The notes under the pieces: model-generated
Told to the model about the DNA's origin: nothing
Database searches by the model: none
Seen by the model: only the letters and a program-made list of their open reading frames with translations
In this document: positions 13,938-25,003 of the stretch, piece after piece
How the letters are laid out: every line of letters begins with the position of its first letter
Numbering within the stretch: position 1 is the stretch's first letter
NCBI GenBank assembly: GCA_964247055.1
Contig: OZ176053.1
Span: forward strand, 3,286,001 to 3,350,000
Direction: 5' to 3'
DNA length: 64,000 nucleotides
Source of the DNA: Paragordius varius
Lineage: Eukaryota; Animalia; Nematomorpha
Made by a program: the position numbers and the translations under genes

Positions 13938-16900
13938 TTATTAGCCAATATTCAACAATCTTTTTTTGTCTTTTGACTTTCTTGTATTTAGACACTCGGT
14001 ACAATATCATCACCAGAGTTAATTGCAATGTATAAACGTACACCCGGTTACACAATGCGTGGCCATATACTACATGAGTTATGGCAACGAGAAGGATTAA
14101 AATTTACATTTGAAAATGGTAAAATTTTAAAGAAATCCTCATATGAAATTGTAAGATAGTTAAATTTTTTACCCCATAATACTTGTTAAGCACGCATCAA
14201 ACGTTAAGATTTATAAATCTATTTTATAAAGATAATTCCAAGGTATGGGCATATATTTATTTTATCATAGAAACATTGGCGGAAATGATGGATCATTTAA
14301 TACATGAAGCTGGACCCTTTAAATTTTGGTATAATCTCGTTATCATTTTACACTAACTTTTATAAGTTTATAATATAAATTAAAATTATAGGGGAGTGGT
14401 TCGATACTGTTCTGCCATGATGGGGAAAATGGCAGATTCATTGGCGCCTTCGTTGACATCTTTGCTGGTTAGAGGAAAACAGGTTATATTTTATTGCAAA
14501 TCATGAACATAACTGTATTTATAAATGGTTAATTTATTACTTTAAAAAAATGCGTACCAAAAAGTTTAATTTTTTATTCAATCCTTGATTATTTGATTTG
14601 GCTTTTATATTAAAGTTTTAAAATTCATTTTCATAATTAATACAGAAATGTTATATTTATATGAGCCTTTTATTTACAAATGTACATGTTTGCTTAATAT
14701 TTAGCCTGAAAAAACAAAATATTTTCACCTTAAAATTTAGGTGAGTTTTAACATAGTAGGCATTAAATACCAAATTCCTTTGAAACTTATGGCAATTTTT
14801 TCAAACTTATGTATCCCATTTTTAAACAAATTCTAAAAAAGTTCCCGTAATGTTGTATATTTATAACTGAATAAATAATAATAAATCTTGATAGCAAAAT
14901 CATCTTTAAATTTAGTTATCAATTGGTGTGTTTGGTTATGAAGAAGAAATCATTGATACACCATTGATGCCGAACGCCCTAAAGGACATTTTTTACAAAA
15001 TGACACTCCCACATGACATTTATCAAGCGGTGCTACAACAAGAGCTCTTATTATACGTGGCTGGTATAATTAATACGAAGCCTTCACTTTTCCATGGAAT
15101 TTTAACCATAAGACTTGGGTATTTATATTTATTATATATATATAAATATATATTTGATTATTGATACTTTCTAATTTTCCAAATTTTTAGAATAATATAA
15201 TAACTATATCATATATCGGCAAATTTTTAATAATTAGGCAATAAAATTAGTGGTGGCTTTATTAACATTGGCTCTTGTTTTTTTAATCAAGTTTAATGCA
15301 TTTTTATTTTAGATTCATACTAAATGAAATATTTTACGTTGTGGTATATTATGGTAATTCTATAAATAAATTTATAATTTGTTATTCAGATGGTTGATTC
15401 ATGCCATTCAAACCGAAATTCATTTACAATTTGGAGCACGGAATCAAGTGGTATATCTTTAGTTTTTTTTTAACTTTACGTAAAAATTAATAACTAAAAA
15501 AATCCATATTATCCTATTGATATACTATATCTATATGCTCCCAAGGAAATCGTAAGCACATCTTGCATTGATATATATTAATTATTTATAAATGTTTTAT
15601 TTTTAATTTTATAAATGTGAACGCACAATTTTTAATAACGATCATATATCATTATCGATGACATAAACCAAAAAAATTTACACAAAGATTTTTTTAATAT
15701 TAATATTGATAAATAGGAAATACACAGCGTAGCTCCCAGTTTGCTCAAAGAATTTTTGTATGAAGTCCTTGCCACCAACAAAATTAGTGGAGAGTAAGCA
15801 AATTTTAATTTCCATTTTTTTTCTATTAGTGAAGAAAAAGTAATAGTAATGAATAAATTCTCGCTTTTTTACTGTTAAAAATTTGTTTTTAAGAATTTTT
15901 AATTGGTGTTACTCATTGTTAATTCTATTTTGGGCTTTCTCTTTTTAAAACTTGCATGTCAAAAATTAAATTACTTACAATAATATTTTGTATGATTGTA
16001 TAGACACCTTTCAGCTGTAAATGAGCAAGAACGTGAAATACAAGCATCACCGTTCGGCATTTCCCCAGAAGCTGATAAAAGAATACGGGATAAAATGTCA
16101 CCGGATCGTAAAATTAGTTATAGTTATCGCGGGTATTCTATAATTAATTATCAATGGGAAAAAAATTTGCATAAAACCAGAATAAAATACGTTTTTTAAT
16201 AATTTTTTGTTCCCTGCCTATAAAAATGTTTTTCCCAATCGTCGAAACTATTTATTACCCAGTGTGAAAACGGATAGATATTTCTTAATTTCCGGAATGG
16301 TTATTTCTTAATTATGTGTTGATCAAGTAGCATAGGGTCTACCTGATTTGGCTGGTAGGTGATATTCATTGATTTTATATAATATAAATTATGGATATAT
16401 GTATAGTCGTCTTTAAACAGTCATTTTCATCAAAAATCTCATCTTACATTCAAGTTAATTGAAACGTTTTTAACAACATTTTGATTGATTAGGAAACGTT
16501 TAGACTGGAAAAAATTATACATATTCCATTCTATTTCCTTAAACTATCGTACAATTTGAAACTATACAGACAATAAAACTAAAAGACAAATTTTATATTT
16601 AAAACATAATCATTCCTCTTTAAAATTTTATAATCAAAGACACTTGGTGGACATAATCAATTAACTATTCAAAAATTTAATTATATAGGTTATGTAGGAA
16701 AATCAAGGTTTGAAATGATCATTTGTCCTTACAAAATTAGCATTTACATTTTGTGTTTTTAATTTCATTTGTCTAATAATGTAAAATATATAATGTAAAA
16801 TCGAAAATTTGTGTAGGCCACTTAGAAGACGTATCTTGGAGGGTAGTTTGAATCGTGTTCCCTCTGATTTGTATCTTCGCGTGTATGATATTTTACAAAA

Positions 16901-18852
16901 AACACCCAAGGGTATAACTATCCATGGTGTCCACCTATCTCAACAACCCATTATAAGTGAAATGACCCGAACTGAATCTAATTTTGCTCTTACGATAGAG
17001 CGATTATTATGCCAAGATCCCGATCCGGCACATAGGTAATGTATATTTAAATTATTTTTTTCAAAAAAGTTTATACTTTTTTGAAGGTTATGTTCAGATT
17101 TTAGAAGTAAGCCTAACCATGATCTTGTTGATACATGGTTTTTGTAAATTGAGACGATATTTTTACTTTTTACATGCCCTTGTAAAAAATACTTTTTGTG
17201 AAGTGAGTATTTTTGCAGATCATCCAAAGCTGGCGTCTGCTGTTAGTTCACCTAATAGCCAACACCACGTGAATTTAATATTTTGCACTGATTATATACT
17301 TTTTATTAATTTTATTAAACCTACAGTAAAAATTGAAATTATACGGACAAAATAAAAATATAATATTTATTTGCTATATATATTACTTGATTATTTTAAT
17401 TATAATTCATTGTTCTAAATCGCAAAGTATGAAATAGAGTTTTGATAACACAATCAATTATGTATTTTACAAGTGTGATCAAATAATTTATATAGTAAAA
17501 TTTTAGATTAAGTGTGGTTATCTTTCAAAAAAATATTTGTCTTTATGGTTTTAAGATTTGTCCGTATAATTTTTATTTTTACTGTATATATGCTTGGAAA
17601 AAGCAAAAATATATCATTTAATATGATATGCATAATATATAGGCAAATCGTGGTGGAACTCTTTATGGTTATATCCATTATATTAAAACGTAATCCAGAA
17701 CTATCGTTTCGCGGATCCGATTTAAACGTTGATGAGGTGATATTTTCTGCACATATAAAGCTTTAAACACAGATTTGTTTTAAATATTACAAATATTTTT
17801 ATAAATACCCATAACAAGACCAAAATAGTTATGTCTTTTTAATAATATATATTTATGTAGTCCAATTAAGATGCCTTAAATATACCAAGTGTATTCAAAT
17901 GAATACTCATTTATATTTGGAGTTGAAAACGATTCCCCATTTATGGAATCGGAAATACTTGCATTGATATATTACCATTAATTTGCTAACAAAACAACTA
18001 TAATATTTCACACCTAGAGCAAATAAAATTTTTATTTAACGTTACATTCCATATTTGGCATATTATTGGGAAATAATTAATTGCATTTTTATATTTAAAA
18101 GTTAATCCGTGAAGCTTATGGATACTTTAAACGGGAACGTATGTTACAATTAGCAAAGGCTCACACCTCTTCTCATCTACCTTCCATAGCAGAGTTTGAA
18201 TCCCCAATGGACCTTGATGGTACCCCAATTGATTATGGAGGTAAGGATACAAATTCAATCATTAACGCGAAAGAAAATCAAATGGATAAAGCACAAATAC
18301 CCAAAGAGCTGGATCCCAATAAAGATCAAAAGGATCAAAAGCAATTTGATAAAGGGTTAAAACTTAATTGATATTTACTTTATCATTTTTTCTTGATATC
18401 ATGTTATATTTTATGAAAAAAATCGATTATTTAAAATAGGAGTACTGTTTGCCATCACATCTTAGTGACCAAAAAACGTTTTTTTCGCAATTTAACTCAT
18501 TTTTAAGCTTATTTTGCCATTTTAACCAATTGTATATTATATTTGATATAGATCTACTCCCTCTCAATCATCAGAAAATATGATTGATTTTTACGATACA
18601 CCGAGCGAAACCCCGAATGGTACGATGGTATTTTTAGCCAAGGCTGTCCTAAATAACCTTTTGAGCAGTAAAAATATCATGGCATCAGATTCCTTTACAT
18701 ATGGGACAAATTGTTCAAAGCCGGTGGATTTAAATGCAACAACGCCCACTTCATCATCTGACACGACGTCCCCTTCCTCCATAAGTGATAATGATAGCAA
18801 TCATCCCTTTAAACTTAGCTCCACCCCTGGTCAGGATTGTCATATCAATTAA
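5726..18852 (+). CDS. PHKB: Phosphorylase b kinase regulatory subunit beta (~1341 aa, 29 exons)
   Basis: Exons 5726-5888, 5914-6082, 6108-6207, 6852-6959, 7394-7453, 7631-7767, 8329-8488, 8791-9225, 9989-10046, 10169-10246, 10424-10579, 10991-11088, 11435-11581, 11898-11981, 12401-12505, 12600-12682, 12857-12947, 13124-13306, 13992-14118, 14271-14328, 14392-14482, 14916-15118, 15390-15447, 15717-15793, 16004-16132, 16817-17035, 17643-17736, 18102-18355, 18552-18852. All junctions GT-AG and phase-compatible (4026 nt). Collinear beta-type motifs: [105 protein letters not shown]. Ends in the CaaX-like CHIN. The 16132 donor is the least certain. Confidence 0.95.
6474..6691. mobile_element. hAT-type MITE in PHKB intron 3
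   Basis: Ends CAGTGGTCGCC / GGGAACCACTG. 8-bp flanks TATTAGAG vs TTTTAGAG (7/8). Confidence 0.75.
7070..7348. repeat. Foldback-type element with inverted arrays of a 21-bp unit (GGGTGAATTTCAATTGTTCNA), in PHKB intron 4
   Basis: About 3.5 direct units at 7277-7348 and an inverted degenerate array at ~7070-7110. Homologous element at 39465-39725. Confidence 0.7.
7367..7392. repeat. (TA)13 microsatellite abutting a PHKB acceptor
   Basis: Read directly. Other long (TA)n tracts lie near 13907-13930, 43088-43121, 45216-45245 and 53415-53442. Confidence 0.9.
9649..9826. mobile_element. Probable hAT-type MITE in a PHKB intron
   Basis: CAGGGATGGCCA...TTGGACACCCCTA imperfect TIR. TSD degraded; coordinates approximate. 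Confidence 0.45.
12046..12234. mobile_element. hAT-type MITE in a PHKB intron
   Basis: Perfect 8-bp TSD GTTTAATT (12038-12045, 12235-12242). Ends CAGGGATACCC / GCACACCCCTA. Confidence 0.8.
17324..17584. mobile_element. Tc1/mariner-type MITE (CAGTAAAAAT family) in a PHKB intron
   Basis: TA|CAGTAAAAATTGAAATTATACGGACAAA...TTTGTCCGTATAATTTTTATTTTTACTG|TA. Relatives at 47006-47292 and ~56835-61536. Confidence 0.8.
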
Positions 18853-19410
18853 TTAGAAAAATAGAAATAGCTCTATAAAATATTAATTTAAGTAGCAATT
18901 TAATAAAAAATCACAAATAAACGACAAGTTTCGATCAAATCGTTCGAAACGCGGTTAAAATGAATGTTTTCTCTTAAATACTATTTTAAACACCTACTAC
19001 CCACCTATTTAATATGTAGAGTGCAATTATCTATGCTTATTCAGAGATCTATATATATATATATATAACCGCAAAAATGTTATTTATCAAATAATATTTA
19101 TTTTTTCTAACATAAAAAGTGTGATATTTATTTACTAATCCAAATATTTAATACTACAAAAAAATAAATATTTTTGCAAAATTAATTTTTACATTTTTAT
19201 ACACGTATATATTTTAGGTAGGTGTGCTCATAATTAAGCACAAGATTGGACAATCTTTTTTTGATGTTTTATTATGACTAGATAAAAGAGTAAACAATTA
19301 ATATGTGGCGGTTTAATATCACATTAATTAGTTTTGTTTCGTGTTGTTCAAACTCAAAAAAGGCAGTATTAAAAGATGTACATTCATTCCACTTGTGTGG
19401 GTGGATCATG

Positions 19411-20358
19411 TTAAGTAGTGTCAAGGAAATTTGTAATAGAGGGTACAATTAATTCAGGTGTATTCATATGTAAATGATGTGTGCCAGGAAACTCCAATTT
19501 AGTATACTTGGCGCCTAATTGGTCGTGGAACAGGGCATCATACTCTGCATATCGACTCTCCTTAATAACTTCACCCTTAAGGGAACTATCTTTGCCTAGG
19601 ATAACTAGTGTGCTAGCACAAAGTTTTGATAAAAATATTTTCCAATGTGCATCTGAGTAGTACATGGGTGTCCGATAATGCAGTCTCATATCTCGTCGCA
19701 TAATGTAATGGTCATTATTTTCACGTTGTTCCATACCGCGTTCCAACATAAGTTCTGCCGAGGACTCTGTCAAAGATTTGAATTCTAGCAATCGTGATAT
19801 AGCAGCTTCTCGTGTATACGGTTTATCACCCATGGTTGGGTTTTGTTCATGCATTTGGTGGAGTCGAATGCTTTGTTGAAATATGTCATAACAACTCTCA
19901 GTGGGTAAGATGAAGGGAGCCAAAATATCCAAACTAATGACTTGATCCACAATTTTGGGGAACAAACTAGCATATAAGAGACTAATTCCAGCACCCATGC
20001 TATGGCCCATGAGCGTCACTTTTCCATCTTTGTCCCATTTCATGTGTTTTATGATTCGATCTATATGGAATACCCAATCGGCAAAGTAATACATAAAACC
20101 TATAGGATAATTTGATGATTTTCCGTGTCCAGGTAAATCAATGGCTAAATATGTGTATTCATTAGGCAAAAGTTTAATTAATGGTTCAAAAGAATTGCAA
20201 TTATCAAGCCAACCATGGATGCAAACGATATTTTTCTTGATCGATGAATCAGATTTCCAAATTTTGCCCGCAATATGACCCCACGGTACGGGAATATTTA
20301 TTTCAGAAAACGATTTCATCAAATATTTTAAACCTGAATAGGATACTGTAGTAAGCAT
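19411..20358 (-). CDS. SERHL2: Serine hydrolase-like alpha/beta hydrolase (SERHL/kraken family), single exon, 315 aa
   Basis: EINIPVPWGHIAGKIW, CIHGWLDNCNSF, AIDLPGHGKS, nucleophile elbow GHSMG, RDMRL, PGTHHLHM. The true start could be Met13 (20322). Confidence 0.9.
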   Translation of the reverse strand: MLTTVSYSGLKYLMKSFSEINIPVPWGHIAGKIWKSDSSIKKNIVCIHGWLDNCNSFEPLIKLLPNEYTYLAIDLPGHGKSSNYPIGFMYYFADWVFHIDRIIKHMKWDKDGKVTLMGHSMGAGISLLYASLFPKIVDQVISLDILAPFILPTESCYDIFQQSIRLHQMHEQNPTMGDKPYTREAAISRLLEFKSLTESSAELMLERGMEQRENNDHYIMRRDMRLHYRTPMYYSDAHWKIFLSKLCASTLVILGKDSSLKGEVIKESRYAEYDALFHDQLGAKYTKLEFPGTHHLHMNTPELIVPSITNFLDTT

Positions 20359-20387
20359 AACATGTTTAACAATGAATTATATGACAT

Positions 20388-21227
20388 ATGATTTTAATTA
20401 AGCAAGGTGCTGAAAGCAGAATATTCTTGGATCCTATAAAAAACATTCTTGTTAAGGAAAGATTCCCTAAAAGTTATCGTATCCATGAGTTGGATTTAAT
20501 GATAAATAAAAAACGATTAAAGTGTGAAATCAAAGGATTAGAAAAATGCAAATTGGCAGGTATTATTTAATTTACTAAAAGGTATAAAGGTTCCAACTGT
20601 GTATAAACATGATTTTCAAACTATGAGTTTGCACATGGAATATTTCGAAAACCACATTACCCTAAAAGAATTGTTTGATAAAACCACTTCCACGGAGCAA
20701 TTGAACAATTTGGCCTCTCTACTTGGGAATAAAATAGGTAACTTGACCATTTATATAAAGGGGAATTGCATAGAGCTGGGATAATACATGGAGATCTTAC
20801 AACTTCAAATTTCTTAATCCCTCAAATATATAATCCTAAAAATCAATTGATAGCCATAGATTTTGGTTTGAGCTTATACTTTGATTTTTCCGACCCTAAA
20901 GTCGTAAAATCATCTTCGGTTTTGGAAGACATGGCTGTAGATTTGTATGTTTTAGAAAGGGCCTTTGTCAGTACTCATTACAAATTGGAATACCTTATAA
21001 ATGAAAAAATATTGCCATCATACGCAAAGACTTTGGATAACGTTGATTCCATTATACCACCGATACACGACTTGGAAGCAGACAACAATTTTTCGGATTC
21101 AGATGAATCATTTATTGAAGAGACCCCCAAAAATTCAAATTTAAATACTCAATCACAGGCATTTTTGGTATTAAACAAATTGAATGCAGTTCGTTTACGA
21201 GGGAGAAAGAGAAGTATGGTCGGTTAG
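20388..21227 (+). CDS. TP53RK: TP53-regulating kinase / Bud32 (KEOPS complex), 3 exons, 264 aa
   Basis: Exons 20388-20559, 20582-20737, 20761-21227; introns of 22 and 23 nt restore the frame. Motifs IKQGAESRIF, KERFPKSYR, IIHGDLTTSN, IDFGLS, EDMAVDLYVLERAF and the conserved C-terminus VRLRGRKRSMVG. Confidence 0.95.
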
Positions 21228-21290
21228 CAAAAAAATGTATTTATCATGCATGTTAAAATGTATAAAATAAATAATTTTGATTTATTATTA

Positions 21291-22514
21291 TTATTCCAAA
21301 CCAATTTTATACACTTTAGTTTTTGATAACCAATATTTTGTTTCATCTACAATAATATCGACTTCTTTTGCACCACCACATTTTGTATCACCATACATCG
21401 AATATGTGTTTGTTGCGGCTTTGCATTTTCTTGTTTGTATACAACAATTATTTACATTTATTGAACTAGGATCGAGTGTTTCAACTCTATATGATGAATT
21501 TGGATCCGGCAAATCGCTTTTACATTTTATTTTTGGGCAATTTAAAACATTATTAGATTGGTTTTGCTCATGTATCATATTCTGCCTAAGATTTTTAAAT
21601 ATAAATAAATCTTACCAATTAGCCATAAATATTTTATGTTTAACGGCTTCATCAAGTTTAATGTTTGATTCCTCGGTGAAATTTATACACTTAATAAGTG
21701 TTTTTAGGGGCAAGGCTTGCCAATTGAATGCAATTAATATTTTTGTCACGATTTTCTCGTTGTGTAAATGATTATTTAACCATTTCAGTATAATAGTGTA
21801 TAAATCCTGTAATAAATTAAATTTGTTTTATGCATCCTAAATTAATTTTTTAATAATAATATTTGTTTTGTGTATGTAAAAAATAAGAAAAATTCTTTTT
21901 ATAAGTTTTTTTTGTGCAGAATTGTCAAGTTCATATTTTACCTCAGTACAATTATTTGAATTTAAAATAATATTCTCAATGATAGAGTGGGGTAATTGTA
22001 AAAACCGGTGATTTTTGGCATAGAGGCAATAGTTTTGTGAAAACAATTTGCAATAATGGTTTAATACACTTTGTTTGTCCATATCTTTGAATTTAACACT
22101 TATGATATTTTCATCATTAAGCAAACACTTGTATAGTTCTTTTTCTGATACCATCTGGCTAAATTCGGTTTCCAAAACCATAATTAACTTGGGCACCTGT
22201 AAAAGTTTTGCGCTCCTATACAAAGATTCTATTGTATCTTTCGAATATTGTATAATGTTATCATTCACGTACATATATTTAATTAGTATTTTTAGAATAT
22301 CGGGATTGATATCAAAGGAATTTGGGATGTATAAATGATTAGATTCTTTGGTTTGTAGAATATATTCTTGAAAATATCCACTATAAAATGACAATACTAT
22401 TTTGTGGGCTAAAACAGGTCTGAAACATTTTGATGTTATATCGGTTATATAAATTGTCACATCCGGCAAATGAGGTTTATCGTTTTGCCACAGCGTTTTG
22501 AAAAAATTCTCCAT
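21291..22514 (-). CDS. BTB/POZ-BACK domain protein, 3 exons, ~352 aa
   Basis: Exons 22514-21942, 21806-21616, 21585-21291, phase-compatible (introns 135 and 30 nt). BTB motifs DVTI...AHKIVLSFYSGYF, ILIKYMY, AKLLQV. BACK motifs FLQLP and EDLYTIILKWL. No clear kelch repeats. Additional upstream exons are not excluded. Confidence 0.8.
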
Positions 22515-23559
22515 ACCCAAAAACAACAATTTTTAGAACGTTCTTAACCCGTGATTCTATTCTGAAGCAAAATAAATAATGCAGACACTTGCTATTGAGT
22601 AATATGAATAATGGATATAATTCGCTTTAAACAAAGGACCAATGCCAAGATGTTTTTCAAAATATGTTTTGTGAGTCGTGAAACACATTTTTGCTTCCAC
22701 CTGAAATTTGTTCTTTCTTTATTTTGGCCTTAAATTTGGTCTTTGAACACGTAATTTGTTTTTTTTATTTATAGTTGTTCATTGACCATTTTTTTCGCCT
22801 TAACTTATTAATAAGGTAATGTATTATACATCCATCCTAAAAAGGCGCAATCGAACTTATCAGAGTCTTTGTATGATCCACCCTTATTTTTTGTGGTTTT
22901 AAGAGGCGCAAAAAGCATGTATTAAAACATTTCTATGGTATAGATGACTAAAAAATTTTTTTGACAAGATATTTATTTTAACAAGTTGCTGTCATATCAA
23001 CATTCCGATTCCTTTATCAGTAAGGGCTTGTCTTTGTCAAAATATTATTCAATTTTAGATTTAACCGTCCTTCATCAAGGCTATTAGACCGATTATTATT
23101 TAGCATTAATGGGTGAAATATTGATATATTTGATCAATTGCTTTGGCAAATTATGCTCGTAATTTTGGTTACACAAAAAACCCCCGCTTTGAAAAAAAGG
23201 GTCAATCCAAATCTCGTTTTAATTATTAAGTTTGACAATGATACATTCAAACATATTATTACCTGATAAATACAATTTCAAAGTGGTAGGGTATAGTATT
23301 TTGAAAAAATTACATTGTATATATATTTAATCTCTTATCTTACATTTATGACCCAACTATATATAATGACTAATTGACCAATATTAAAAAATGGCTCATT
23401 AACATGGGTCAGACAAACATTCTCAATAAACTAACGCAAACTCCTGAATACAATTTTATTTTAACACAATCCCAAGCAGTTAAATTATAAAATACCTCTA
23501 TGCAATTCTCCAAATGGGGATTTTTAACGAGTAAGGTAAACATCCTACACAACCTTTAA

Positions 23560-24620
23560 ACACTTTCTAAATCTATCTCTCCATATTGGCTGCTAAAAGA
23601 CGGCTTACCCCTTCAAATATGCCAGGTGTTGTCATATGTGGTTACTAGTTTAGAGAAAACGCCAGGGAAAACAGAGACGACTACTTTGATAAAGTCCCTA
23701 TTTTGTTCATCTGGTATTAAACAGCTAACAGCAAGTTGAGTTCGGCAAAAATTAGCGTCCTCTTTTATCATTAATTAAACATGTCAAATTGTGCCTGAAA
23801 CAGAACATTTGTGGCACTTGCCATCAGGAGAAAAAGGCTACTAAATGTTTTCGTTTGTTGGCAGAATATGGTTGCTTTATCGATTAACACATGTGAAACA
23901 TGGTTTCAAAATAAAATAAGTTGTGATTTCATGGGAAGAAGGGGTACTGGTAGACCACACAACTGCGAGGACGGTAAAGTGCAATAGTTATTGGATGATG
24001 CCTCAACTCAAACCTAACGTCGATTGGCAGAAGTTTACGTATAAAAAATAATTAGTGTCTGCAAGTAATAGGAAAGACCAATAAACTCGGTAAATGGGCC
24101 CCAAACAATTGGATTGAACGTCATCGAAAACGCAAATGGATTTGAAAAATCCTGCGTCAACTGCACAAAAGGAAATTATTTTTACATCAAAATGGGAGGA
24201 GCGAGATGTAAATTTATAGCGGAAAATCGTGGCTCGCACCTTGTAATCCGGTCCATCCACACCTTGGGGAAATCGGCAAGCCGTGCTCTGTGTATAATGT
24301 AATATGAACTTTTCAAACCCAGCACAACTATTAATACACAACGCTATCGCCAACAATGATTAATTTAAACCATGCATTAATCAAATGATCGAAATGGGCC
24401 AGACATGGCAAAGCAATTTTCTTACAAAACAATTCTCACAGCAAAACCATTGATAGACATCTTGAAATCTCTTCGGTAAAAACTCCGCATCCGCTGTACT
24501 TTCCTAACTTAAAGCTAATTACCTCTTTGCACGGGTCACACGCAGAGAGAGCAGCACTTAAATAATTGCTGTAAAATGGTTTGACAAACGGTTTTCCGCA
24601 TAAGACAATTAGTTTTTATG
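23560..24620 (-). pseudogene. Probable disrupted BABAM2/BRE (BRCA1-A/BRISC subunit) homologue
   Basis: Collinear patches matching recalled human BRE: DAEFLP; RCVLIVVLGLKSSYYIIHRARL (~[22 protein letters not shown]); DFSN; LPVPLLPMKSQLILF*NHVSHVLIDK (~[26 protein letters not shown]); RKHLVAFFS (~REYIAAFLS). Two 25-nt GT-AG introns (24161-24185, 24014-24038). In-frame TGA at 23906-23908 and 23824-23826; several frame changes needed. Confidence 0.45.
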
Positions 24621-25003
24621 GCACGTCTTTCTTATATTATCTGAGAGATTGGCGAAATGTGTAGAATCCAACGTACAATATTTTAAATAAAATAGATTTT
24701 TCTTTCAAAATTTTTTGTTTTTCACCAAAAAACAGGTAAAAAATTGAACTACACCTACTAGCAAAAACTTGGGGATGTATAGCTGAACAATATTTAAACA
24801 TTACAAATAGAATTTTATGAAAAAAATAAGACCATTTTATTGAAAATCTTTTAAATAATATGCAATATTGCACCCAAACCCATTGTTTGAACTAACTAAG
24901 AAATTTGTAAAATGTTGATTAATACATCTAAATAGAATTTACTTTATAATATAAATTCAATATGTAATTTATAGCTTTTTTATGGGTACAAATATAATAT
25001 AAA

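Noticed and set aside
23824-23908. TGA recoding as an explanation for the stops in the BRE-like region
   Set aside because: TXNL1 terminates at TGA exactly at its conserved end, no intact gene uses in-frame TGA, and frameshifts would remain.
24003-24356. 117-aa ORF resembling lipase maturation factor (KVRATIFRYKF)
   Set aside because: A single short motif; the ORF runs through two probable 25-nt introns and a different frame gives better collinear matches.
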